From assembly GCF_006345805.1 (NCBI RefSeq), contig NC_043003.1, forward strand, positions 2,232,001 through 2,296,000: a stretch of 64,000 nucleotides of DNA, read 5' to 3'. This stretch comes from Octopus sinensis (taxonomy: Eukaryota). Shown in pieces: positions 24,831-36,796 of this stretch. How positions within the stretch are numbered: position 1 is the stretch's first letter; the number at the start of each line of letters is the position of its first letter. The translations under genes and the position numbers were made by a program. The notes beneath the pieces are model-generated. The model ran no database searches and was not told the DNA's origin. It saw only the letters and a list, made by a program, of their open reading frames with translations.

Positions 24831-26703
24831 TGTTGCTTAGGAAACAGTTTGCACATGCAGGTGCTACGAGTTGAGAACTCCGCATACCAGAAGCCAACAA
24901 GTGTATGGGGTCATCAGGAGAGATACTTACAGAAAAAATGGAAACATCAAAAGGGCTTTGGGTGGCTCTTTCCAATTGCTTTGCTAAGTACATTGCAGAT
25001 GTTAGCTGCCAGCATGGCTGTGTGATAAGGAGTTTCTTTCCCAACCACATGTTTGCAGGTTCAGTCCCACTGCCTGGTGTGTTGGCCAAGGGCCTTCTAT
25101 TATAGCCTCAGATTCACCAATACTCTGTGAGTAGATTTGGTAGAAGTCTGTCATAATTGTGGTGTTGGTTTGTTTATGCCTCTGTCACATTGCAATTTCG
25201 CATAAGTACCTGATAGAATAAATACCAACCTTAACATTAAAAGAACTGGGGTCAATTTGATCAACAAAACCCTTCAAAGTGGTGCCTCAGCAAGGCTGCA
25301 GTCCAACAACCGGAACTGGAATGAATAAAAGAATAAAAGAATATGTATAAGGGTGTTAAACTGGAAGCAATTGTCTGAGGAATTTAGTAGAGAAGGAGAG
25401 GGGGGGCAGCAAGACTGACAGACAGACAGAGCAGCTAGGCTTTATCTTCAACTTTGTCTGTTATGGAAGAAGGGAAGACAGTGGAATGGCAAAGCCATTA
25501 TTATGCCAGATGAAATGCAAAGTGGCAATTCTTCGGATTCTTTTATGTACTAAATTCAAATGATGCCATGGTCCTTTCAGGATCAATGAAATAAGTACCA
25601 CATGAGCCCTGGTGGAAGCAATGGAATTGATTTCCTCGTTCCCACTAAAATTGCTGGCCTTATGCCAAAATTAGGAAGAATTCCAGCTGGAAGAATTGTT
25701 AGCATGCTGGAATGAAGTGCTTAGCAGTATTTCGCCCGTTGCTACATTCTGGAGTTCAAATTCTGCTAAGGTCGACTTTGCTTTTCCTCTTTTCAGGGTC
25801 AATGAAATAAGGACCAGTTGAGTATAGGGGTTAATGTAATCGACTATCCCCACTCCCCCAAATTTTCAGGGCTTGTGAATTGTTACCTCAACAGACAAAA
25901 TACTTAGTGACGTTTCTTCTAGTTTTACATTCTGAGTTCAAATGCTACTGAGGTCAACTTTGGGTTTTATCCCTTTCAGGGTCCATAAAATAAGGACCAG
26001 TTCAGCACTAGGGGCAATGCAATCAACTCCCCCACCCCAAATTGCTGGCCATGTACCAAAATTAGAAAGAATTATTATGGAAGGAGCTTCATTTAATTTA
26101 CAGGACTGAAGCAAGAAGCCAATGTAAAAGAGGTGATGCCAGTTAAAAGTTTTCAAGGCAGACCATGGAATCTGCTTCAGTTGTTTAGTATTACAGAACT
26201 AGAGATAAGCAGCAGATCTGTGGGTAGGGCCAGATTAAGTCCCATACAGGCCCTAAGCACTTCAAAGATTTTGGTGCCCCTGGGTCATGGCAGATACCAG
26301 TGTCACACAAAATGGCACCTGTGCTGGTGGTACATAAAAGCACCCATGGAGGGGTTGGCGTTAGAAAGGGCATCCAACTGTAGAAAACCGTGCCAAATCA
26401 GACTGGAGTCTGGTGCAGCCTTCCAGCATGTCAGCCGGGTCAAACTGTCCAACCCATGCCAGCATGGACAACAGACGTTAAATGATGATGATGATGATGA
26501 ATTCAAAATGTAAACCAATAGTGAAGCACAAAATAAATTTTAATTTTCAAAATGAAACAACACTAACGATAGTATAGAAAATAATGTTTACTTTCACAAT
26601 TTTCCACTTTGTTTATATTTTTTCAATTGCAAAGCCTTCAATCAGATCCTCACCCTGACACCATGGCTACTTCGAAATTATATTCCCAGTCATAAATCAA
26701 TTT

Positions 26704-26850
26704 ATTTGGAAATGATAAACTCAACTCAATCAATGCAAATAGTATTACAAGAAACCCTAATATATCCTTATATCTATGATAATGATGAAAAGGAATCTTA
26801 TCTAAATCTCTGTTTAATCCTAAGGGATTACTTGTACCTCCTTCATGTAT
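26704..26850 (-). pseudogene. cytb: NUMT: mitochondrial cytochrome b fragment
   Basis: Invertebrate mitochondrial code gives [48 protein letters not shown], matching the conserved cytb segment LHExGSNNPLGLxSxxDKIPFHxYxxxKD. Confidence 0.88.
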
Positions 26851-27928
26851 TATTTTAGCTAGGGTAAAGTGATTTCTTTTGTGCTGTAGACCATTTACCA
26901 TTTCTGTGGTGCCCCCCAAATTCCCTTGATACCCTTGGCACCTGATTATTTTGCTTGATGGTTAATCCAGCATTCCTTGTGGCTGTCATAGTAACCATGC
27001 TAGACAGTGAATGAGTGGGTGATGCTGTAAACAAAGCCGTTAGAGATAAGATGTCGGCAGGTAAATAGTGAGAAAGGAAAATAAGGGAGAAGCCGAGAGA
27101 TAAGTGCTTTTGTAAGTCTAATAAATAAAGATTCTAAGAGTGGAAATGTTTATCAGTGTTCGTGGAAAGGATGAGAAGTGCAGAATATTCAGAATTGTTC
27201 TTTTGTGTATCACAATAAAGATAGCACAGGTGAGACGCAACATTAAAATGATAGGAGAGAGCTGGCTTTCAACGATAAAAAGCACCATTATCATAACTTC
27301 ACTTGACAAGTACTTGCTGCTGATAGGGGGGGGGGGTAAATCTGTAGATATCATGTGATTAGATTAAGTGGAAAAAAATTTAAAAAATTTGTAAAGTGAA
27401 GACCCGTGCTTAAATGGTTACCTGGGTAACATGGTTGTGTAGTTGTAGACTTTGTGGTATTAATGGTATTATAGTGGAAGCCGGAGCTTAGAGTAGGAGA
27501 TATCACACTGAGCCAGGAAGCTTTTACACACACACATGCAAACACACACAAACACACACACGTGCGCGCACACACACTCAGATATATATAAATATATACA
27601 TTTGCCAGTATAGCATGTTAAGATGACGATGATGAAAATGATGATAATAGACATCCACATACACACACACACACACACTCAAATTTGTGTATATATCTCT
27701 ATGTATGTATATGTATACATATATGCATGCATACATACATAGATACATACATATATATATATATATATACCTATTCAAATAAATAAACAATTAACAGAGA
27801 ATAAAAAAGAAGAAAAAGAAGAAAAGAAGAAAAAATGAACATGAGGGGTGCACAGTAATTACATTAATTAGACCCTTGGTGAAGGAAAAGAGTTGTTGTT
27901 AACATTCCGAGCATATATATATATATAC

Positions 27929-28310
27929 AGGAGTGGCTGTGTGGTAAGTAGCTTGCTAACCAACCACATGGTTCCGGGTTCAGTCCCACTGCGTGGCATC
28001 TTGGGCAAGTGGCTTCTGCTATAGCCCTGGGCCGACCAATGCCTTGTGAGTGGATTTGGTAGACGGAAACTGAAAGAAGCCTGTCATTATATGTGTGTGT
28101 TTGTGTTTGTCTCCCTAGCATTGCTTGACAACCGATGCTGGTGTGTTTACGTCCCCGTCACTTAGTGGTTCGGCAAAAGGGACCGATAGAATAAGTACTG
28201 GGCTTACAAAGAATAAGTCCCGGGGTCAATTTCCTCGACTAAAGGCGGTGCTCCAGCATGGCCGCAGTCAAATGACTGAAACAAGTAAAGAGAGTAAAGA
28301 GTAAAGAGTA
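27929..28310 (+). mobile_element. SINE family B, full length
   Basis: aggagtggctgtgtggtaag...ggttcagtcccactgcgtggcatcttgggcaagt...ggcggtgctccagcatggccgcagtcaaatgactgaaacaagtaaag(agagtaa)n. Confidence 0.92.
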
Positions 28311-28517
28311 TATATAAAACATGTGTGTGTGTGTTTGAAAAGGTTTAATGAAAGCTCTCACACACTAGGAAAAAAACCTCTTCCCAAAAGAGGTTAGTAA
28401 CATCCTCATAAAAGATTTGATAACATTTTTTTAAGAATGAATTTTTTAAAAAAGAATCACCTTCACACTTCAAAAACTGTATTATGTAAGCCTCATAGAC
28501 ATTCAAATATATATATA

Positions 28518-28900
28518 TCATCATCATCATCATCGTTTAACGTCCGCTCTCCATGCTAGCATGGGTTGGACGGTTTGACTGGGGTCTGGAAAGCCAGGAG
28601 GCTGCATCAGGCTCCAGTCTGATCTGGCAGTGTTTCTACAGCTGGATGCCCTTCCTAACGCCAACCACTCTGAGAGTGTAGTGGGTGCTTTTTATGTGCC
28701 ACCTGCACAGGTGCCAGACAAGGCTGGCAAACGGCCACGATCGGATGGTGCTTTTTACGTGCCACCGGCACAGGTACCAGGCAAGGCTGGCAGCGACCAC
28801 AATTGGTTGGTACTTTTTACGTACCACCAGCACAGAAGCCAGTCAAGGTGGCACTGGCATCGACCACGTTCAGATGGTGCATTTTACGTGCCACTGTCAC
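28518..28900 (-). mobile_element. RTE 3'-tail element (family A) with VNTR
   Basis: catcatcatcgtttaacgtccgc followed by four units of about 60 bp. Confidence 0.85.
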
Positions 28901-29379
28901 AGGGATCACAACTACAATTTCCATTGATTTTTGATGTCGATGTACTTGACTCAATAGGTCTATTTGTATATAGAAATTTTAAATTAATCAAAGGACATAC
29001 CAAGTATGTCTACATGCTGGAAATAACAGTCAAAACTCTTATTTAAATTGCCATAATACACTGATAATAACTACAGAAATCGACCGTCCAAAGGCAAACA
29101 GGCTAAGGTAATTGTTAAAGTTTTACACTAGATAATAACAGAGTCAATGTTAGATTTGCAAATTATTTTCCTGTGAATTATTTGCTCCATATTGAAACAC
29201 ACACACACATACACACACAAACATATATATATATGACCTTTACCTGGGATATAGCCAGTCCACTTATGCATACCTTTCCTCCTTGGGACACAAAACTCTG
29301 CTTGCAAAGACCTGTTGAGGCAAGTGAAATCGAAATCAATCAAAAAATCAATGGAAATTGTAGTTGTGATACCAGTGCC

Positions 29380-29692
29380 GGTGGCACATAAGAAGATCCA
29401 TCCGAACGTGGCCATTACCAGCGCCGCCTCAACTGGCCTCCGTGCCAGTGGCATGTAAAAAGCACCAACCGATTGTGGCCGTTGCCAGCCTCCTCTGGCA
29501 CCTGTGCCGGTGGCACATAAAAAGCACCCACTACACTCACGGAGTGGTTGGTTTTAGGAAGGGCATCCAGCTGTAGAAACTCTGCCAGATCAGACTGGAG
29601 CCTGGTGCAGCCTCCTGGCTTCCCAGACCCCAGTTGAACCATCCAACGCATGCTAGCATGGAAAGCGGACGCTAAATGATGATGATGATGAT
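29380..29692 (+). mobile_element. RTE 3'-tail element (family A)
   Basis: Ends ggaaagcggacgctaaatgatgatgatg. Confidence 0.85.
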
Positions 29693-30169
29693 TATTTGTG
29701 ATGGGGGCTGGGGAGTGGTTTTGAGGGAGATGGTTTTGTACCAGGGGATACATGGCTACTCCAGTTAAAGAGAGCGAGAAAGAGAGAGAAGGGGAAGAAA
29801 GGGAGTGAGAGAAAGAGGGAGAGGTAGAGAGAGGGGGGAAGAAAGGGAGAGAGAGATAATACGGTTGTGAAGCTGTACCAGGGCATACTCTTAAGGTACA
29901 AGGAGGTGAATGTAAATGGAAGGGTGGAGGGACTGAACAAGGTGAGTGAGAAGGGAGTTCATGAGAGTGGGAGGAAAGAGAGGAGAGAGGGAGTTCATGT
30001 GAGTAGTGATCATGGGTATATGTAGGGGGTGAGGGGGCGACAGGCTAGCAATGATACAGTTGGCAGTGGGAGGAGAGAGTGGAATTGGTCTGCAGGGGCA
30101 GAAGAGGCAAGAACAACGTATGATGAGATGTAGTTTGGTTTAATGGATGTGGAAAGTGAATTAATGTTT

Positions 30170-30600
30170 GGAATTTGCATCACCAGCCTGGAACCCCTAT
30201 CTTGCTCAGAATATTGACCTGGAAACTGTTCAGAAATGTGCAACCAAGCAAAAAACCCTCCATCAGGCATCTACCATACTCTGAACACCTTGCTTCCCTG
30301 GGCTTAGATACATTGAGGCCCCGACTTCTGCCAAGTGACTTGGTAAATATCCACAAAATTATTAACCCTCATGCCAACAACAACCTTGAGAACCTTTTTT
30401 GAGCTCCATGTGTCTAACACATGTGGGCATGGCTACAAAGTCAGAAAACAGCACAGCACCCCATGACTTCCAGAAACATTTTCTCACACTCAGAGTCACT
30501 GAAGCATGGAACAAACTACCTGCATCAGTTGTTAGCTGCCAAGACATTGCATCTTTAAAACCTTCATGCTTCCTGAAATTCATCAACACTACACCTGACA
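30170..30600 (+). mobile_element. CR1-like LINE 3' fragment
   Basis: IRHLPYSEHLASLGLDTLRPRLL..DLVNIHKII...GHGYKV...FLTLRVTEAWNKLPASVV. Confidence 0.8.
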
Positions 30601-30874
30601 TCCCTCTCTATTCCATACGCACACACACCTGTATATCATGACTCATACACTGTTCACTTTCCTGACTTTTCTACATAATTCTTTGTACTGTACATACACC
30701 TTTGATTGAGTTGTAGAGCACCTGAGCTCTGTACACCACAATTTCATTATTATTATTATTATTTGGCTGAAGAATACATAATACCCAACACTTCCAGAAC
30801 CCAGTTTTACCAAAGTGGGGGGGCTCTTCTCAAGAACCTTACATCGTCAGACACCTCAGTCCATTGTCATTCTC

Positions 30875-31220
30875 CTCCATGGGGCCTAACACCTTGAGAT
30901 GGATCCTCTCTATGTCATCCTATGTCTTCCTGGGATTCCCTCTTCTGCAGGTTCCGTCCACTTTCAGTGGCACTTCTTCATACAGGTGTCCTCATTTGCA
31001 TACTACATCACATGACCAAACCATTGTGGTCTCCTCTCTTGCATGCTGCATCTGATTCCTCTCGTGCCCAACTTTTCTCTCAGCACATTTGCCGTACATG
31101 CACATCCATTGGAACATACTAGCAGCTTCATTCCTCTCCAGTCTTCCTATGTCCTCTGCACTCGGGGCCCATGTCTCACTACCATGGAGCAGAGCCATTC
31201 GTACACAAGCATCATTCACT
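30875..31220 (-). mobile_element. RTE LINE fragment (family of 1-1215)
   Basis: DACVRMALLHGSETWAPSAEDIGRLERNEA, then WFGHV and GRPRKT-like motifs. Confidence 0.82.
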
Positions 31221-31714
31221 CTGCCTTTGGAATGGGGAAACTTGAAGCAGATAAAACTTTAACTAATGTCATGTAGATATTGTGTTAAAAAACCCTTTGG
31301 ATAGGAAAAGTCAAAGCTTTCACACACACGCATGCACGCACAAAAGTTGATTTTATGAAGCGTGAATATGAAGTGAAACGAATGACAAAAATGTCGGCAG
31401 TGAATGGAGGATGTCTTCAGCTGCTCAAGTGTTAATTTTCATGGAACGTTGAACCTAAGTCAATTGGATTTCAGGAGAAATAGCTGAATAGATGTGATAA
31501 GCATCTGTATTGTATCAATGCTTCACACTGCTGTGATTTTTAAAAACATTTGGATAGAGTGGTGTCCTGGTTCAGAAACAATAGAAAATTAGGCTCTGAA
31601 GATATGTTATCTTGAAAAGTTTTCTCTCCCCAAAAATAACATAACAAAGGATTGATATATATTTGGGGGGGGGGGATAGAGTGTCAAATTATTCTGGTAA
31701 CTTTTTATCTTATA

Positions 31715-32110
31715 TCTTTTATCTTTTACTTGTTTCAGGCATTGGACTGTGACCATGCTGGAGCACTGCCTTTTCAGTCGAGCAAATCGACCCCAGGACT
31801 TATTCTTTGTAAGCCTAGTAATTATTCTATCGATCTCTTTCGCCGAACTGCTAAGTTACGGGGATGCAAGCACATCAGCATCAGTTGTCAAGTGATGTTG
31901 GGGGGACAAGCACAGACACACAAACATACATACACACATGCATATACATATATATACATATACGACAGGCTTCTTTCAGTTTCCGTCTACCAAATCCACT
32001 CACAAGGCTTTGGTCGGCCCGACGCTATAGTAGAAAACACTTACCCAAGGTGCCACGAAGTGGGACTGAACCTGGAGCCATGTGGTTGGTAAAGAAGCTA
32101 CTTACCAAAC
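31715..32110 (-). mobile_element. SINE family B
   Basis: Family B tail, body and head in minus orientation. Confidence 0.85.
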
Positions 32111-32403
32111 TAACACTCAGTGTCAATTGGTCACAGGGTTATGTGATACACATGCACACACACATACACATATACACATACACACACACAAACATGCACA
32201 CACACACAGACTCACGATGGGCTTCAACACAGTTTCCATTGGTTGATTTGTGGCTCTTGTAAAAGACACTTGCCTGAGGTGCCATGCAATGGGTTTGAAC
32301 CCAAGACCCCATGGTTGCAAAATGAGCTTCTCAACCCTTTAACATTCAGATTATTCTGTCCAATGAAATGCTTGTGTGTTCACAATTTTCAATTCATCAT
32401 AGA

Positions 32404-33810
32404 CCAGGGTTTTCCGAAAATCCGCCCAGGGTTGTTAAATGGAAAATTCTATTTTACAAAACTATTTTTTGGCTTAAATAACCACCCACCTATAATAAAC
32501 GTCTATAGGTGGTAAAATATGGAAGTAAAATATTTCACCTTGGAAAAAACAAAGATTTTCTCAAAAACCGTATCTATATATATATAAACAGCAAAATGTC
32601 TGTCTGTGTGTGTGTGTATCCTTTATACAAATCCACAATTTTTCAGTTAGAGGGCTCGTACTTTCTATGGTCATTCAAAACCGTCCAAGGGTGGTCGTGC
32701 ACATCTTTACATTTCCCCAGTCACCCCACAAAGCCATTAAAATATCAATAGAAGTGACTTTTTTGCGAAATTTCTATCCAAAACCCAATCAAAATGCCTG
32801 AAACTTGATACACCAATTGAATGCTAGCTAGCTGTATGTGATTGGTCAGAGATTTGGACAGTACTCGCGTGTAAGTGCGCACGCACGCAGCTGTATATGC
32901 ATGCACTAGCACTATGACGCAGCAACGCCGGGTCATAGTGATAGTTTATTTTATACAATTCCATCGAACTTCTAATGTTTCAGATATAAAGAAACTGAAA
33001 CAGCCTTAAAAGAAGAAGCATATTCAAAAATATCCTGAAGTTAACAATGGATCTATAAGGAAATATTTAACAATTGGCCCCGTGCCGGTGGCACATAAAA
33101 GTACTCGCTACACTCTCGGAGTGGTTGGCGTTAGGAAGGGCATCCAGCTGTAGAAACTCTGCCAGATCAAGATTGAAGCCTGGTGCAGCCATCTGGTTCG
33201 CCAGCCCTTAGTCATTCATCCAACCCATGCTAGCATGGAAAGCGGACGTTAAACGATGATGATGACAATGGATCTATTAGCCACAGTGGATAGCATCTAC
33301 ATTTTTATGGCCAATAAAATCTATGGTTGTTGAACTCAACATGTCAACGTATACAAGTGTTTCATCCATATTGTAAATCTGGTCAGCATCCTTATCTGCT
33401 GTTAATACTGGAATGCTATCGAGATAGTCGCTGGTGATTTGTGCCTTTTCTCCAAGTGTTTTATTGTCTGCTTGACCAACATGTGTAATCTTTCTCACGG
33501 TCAGTTTATTCCATTTCATGTAATTGAAAATCCATTTATCAGAACATCTAAAGCCGTTCATTTCAATTCCAAACCATTTTACTAATTCAAAAGCATATTC
33601 CCATAAATTTTTTATTCTTTTATTTGTTTCTGTCATTTGACTGTGGCCATACTGGAGCACCACCTTCTTTTGAGCAAATCCACCCCAGGACTTGTTCTTT
33701 GTAAGCCTTGTACTTATTCTATTGGTCTCTTTTGCTGAACTGCTAAGTGACGGGAACTGCTAAGTGACGGGAACTGCTAAGTGACGGATTGTCAAGCAAT
33801 GTTGGGGGGA

Positions 33811-33850
<40 letters not shown>

Positions 33851-33863
33851 ACACACACATACA

Positions 33864-33895
<32 letters not shown>

Positions 33896-34564
33896 AACAT
33901 ACATACATACGATGGGCTTCTTTCAGGTTTCTGTCTACCAAATCCACTCACAAGGCTTTGGTTGGCCCGAGGCTGTAGTAGAAGACACTTGCCCAAGGTG
34001 CCACGCAGTGGGACTGAACCCGGAACCAAGTGGTTGGTAACCAACCTACTTACCACACAGCTACTCCTGCGTCTATAAATGATGATAATTTACAATTATA
34101 TTGTTTGCACACTGAACAACAATCCACTGTAAGGGTTCAATCCCTAGATCCCTAAGTGCTCGTCCTCCACCCCCACCAATTGATTTGTTCCTCCTCTTCT
34201 CTGACATATTGAATTAACTCAGTTTCTTTTGTGCACCATTCTCTCAACCGTTTTCTACCAATACCTAAGTCTCTTGACGCAGCAGATAAATTGCCAGAAT
34301 GTTCTTTCGCTCGTTTAATAGCACTCAATTTTTCACTAATGGCTATATGATCATTGAACATGTTTTGATATATTTTCTTTCGACTCCATTATTGGGAATA
34401 AAAATCCTTTGAATTTATCGACAGACGTAGAGCAAATGAATGTCTCAACAAAATGCGAACAAGAACACTAACTCTGTTTCAACTTTTAACCACAAATAAC
34501 CACCCATCCAAATAAATGCCCATGGGAGATCTAACGGATGGGCGGATTTTCGGAAAACCCCCGG
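32404..34564 (-). mobile_element. Decayed pogo/Tigger DNA transposon, internally deleted, with two nested retroposons
   Basis: TIRs gggttttccgaaaatccgccc (32407-32427) and gggcggattttcggaaaaccc (34540-34560). N-terminal HTH KLSAIKRAKEHSGNLSAASRDLGIGRKRLREW (34152-34361); FRCSDKWIFNYMKWNKLTVRKITH...QIYNMDETLVYVDM (33280-33606). Nested family A (33077-33265) and family B (33607-34072). Confidence 0.88.
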
Positions 34565-34851
34565 TAAGATTTTGATGATGTGACTGGTTATTTTTAGAAT
34601 GACGTTGTAGGGTTGGTATGAGAGACGAGATCTGGCCAGTTTGAACATAAAACAGGTGAAATATTTTGGTTGGATGTGGCCAGTTTAAATGCTGAAGAGC
34701 AAACCATACAGCCATGCCTGTGCCTTGCATGAAAAACAGAAACTACGAGTATTAAGATAATGATTATCATGATGGAAGAGTAAAGAAAGTACAGATATTT
34801 AATCCAGTTGAAAAAAAAATATGGTCATCAACCAGTGTCAAATTAATCTCA

Positions 34852-35402
34852 GAACTTGAGGTAATCCAACGAAGCTACACGAAGAAGATAGCCTCTATGC
34901 AGCATATAAGCTATTGGGAAAGACTCAAGACTATTCCTTAGAGCGTAGGCGAGAAAGCTATGCCATAATATACATCTGGAAGATCCTGGAAGGACTTGTC
35001 CCAAACTTTGGCATCGAGAGTTACACAAATGCCAGAACTGGGCATCACTGCATAGTACCAAGGACTCCAAATTTGCCATCAAGATGTAGGACAAGATACT
35101 GCGATAGCCTGGGCTTCAGAGGTCCACAGCTCTTCAATATCCTCCTGAAGGACCTGAGAGACTTGCATGGGGTGGATGTAGATGTCTTTAAAATAAAACT
35201 GGATCTCTTTGAGTCAGGTGTCCCAGATGAACCAACTTCACGGCAGGAGGTGCAGATGAGGGCAGCTGCATCGAACTCTCTCATGCACCAAATGTCAATT
35301 GCTAAAAAGCATTCGTGAAGTAAAATCATGTAGCAACACCGAATGGCGGTGCCCCAGCATGGCCACAGCTCGTGAGCTGAAACTAGATGAAATGAAATGA
35401 AA
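34852..35402 (+). mobile_element. CR1-like LINE 3' end with 3'UTR and (AATGA)n tail
   Basis: LEVIQRSYTKKIASMQHISYWERLK..YSLERRRESYAIIYIWKILEGLVPN...FKIKLDLF..VPDEP; tail ggcggtgccccagcatggccacagc...gctgaaactagatgaaatgaaatgaaa. Confidence 0.88.
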
Positions 35403-35654
35403 AAATGAATGAAATGGCTATTTAACGAGGAGGCCCACTTGCTCCACCACCTGCCAGTATTTCTTGAGCAAGACCAACAACTCTGGCTAACACCATAAAA
35501 CATTGAATCAAACTGAAAGGGTAAGATATTGTAGGGGAGCATCCGTTCTTTACTCATTCTGTCTGTCTTTAGGCAGAAAGTGTTTCTGTTTCAATTTTGT
35601 TATTTTCTGTCTGAAAGCAGAGCATGAAATACTATCGAATACCAAATTACCTGG

Positions 35655-35840
35655 CACGTAAAAAGCACCCACTACACTCACGGAGTGGTTGGCGTTAGGA
35701 AGGGCATCCAGCTGTAGAAACACTGCCAGATCAAACTGGGCCTGGTGCAGCCTTCTGGCTTCCCAGACCCCAGTTGAACCGTCCAACCCATGCCGGCATG
35801 GAAAACAGACGTTAAATGATGATGATGATGATGATGATGA
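35655..35840 (+). mobile_element. RTE 3'-tail element (family A)
   Basis: ggcacgtaaaaagcacccactac...gacgttaaatgatgatgatg. Confidence 0.85.
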
Positions 35841-36796
35841 CCAACAATGAACACCCAACCAGAATGACTGACCTCTAGAGAGAAAACAAACAATTTACAA
35901 GCCTGCAGCCTGTGTTTACTGACCAACAAACCTCACCACAAACAAGATGCAATGGAACTATGTTAATGTCCAGGTTACAGTTGGTGAGACAAAAACGTTG
36001 ACACCAAACAAATATTTAAGTGGAGTTAATATTCTGTGTGTGTTTTTGAATGGTTAATTAGGTGTTTTTTAAGCTGTCAAAGTAATTAGCAAATATATCA
36101 AGGATCTCTGATTTTTCTTGGAGCACTGTTTTGTTGTCAAGAGCAACGAGTTTTGTCGTGCCTCTTCTCTGTGGCCTGACTCAAAAAAACGGCTTTCATA
36201 TCATTTTTATCTTCAGCTTTGGCCTCCCACCAATCTGATTCCAGTTTCCTCGTATATATTGTTACAGCTTCCTCCTTGCTTCATGTTTTCCATGCAATTA
36301 TTGCTTTAATTTCAGCACAACTTTTCAGATCAAATCCCTTTCCTGGTTAGTAAACCTCTAAAAAACTAAAAGGATTTTTCTAAAACTCAAATTTCAAATG
36401 TTTTCCAACTTGGAAAAAAACAAGTTACTCTTATCTGTGTGTGAGAGTTCTTGTCTTTAGCAGCAGCTTTCTCTCCATTACTCTTCTATAAAATCTGATG
36501 AGGATATTGTCAACTGGTTGTCACATTTTTACAGTTTATAACAGATGATTGTCTCCCTTCTCAAACTACACATTTGCTTCTTTCAGACTGTGGCCATACT
36601 GGAGCACCACCTTTAGTCGAAAAAATCAACCCCAGGACTTATTTTTTGTAAGCCTAGTATTTATAGTATCTGTCGCTTTTTGCCAAATCGCTAAGTGATG
36701 GGGACATAAACACACCAACATCGGTTGTCAAGCGATGGTGGGGGGAGACAAACACTGACACAAACAACAAATGCATACATATATATATATATATAT

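Noticed and set aside
27929-28010. tRNA genes suggested by A/B boxes in many SINE heads
   Set aside because: No complete cloverleaf or acceptor stem; each continues into a SINE body, so they are treated as SINE heads.
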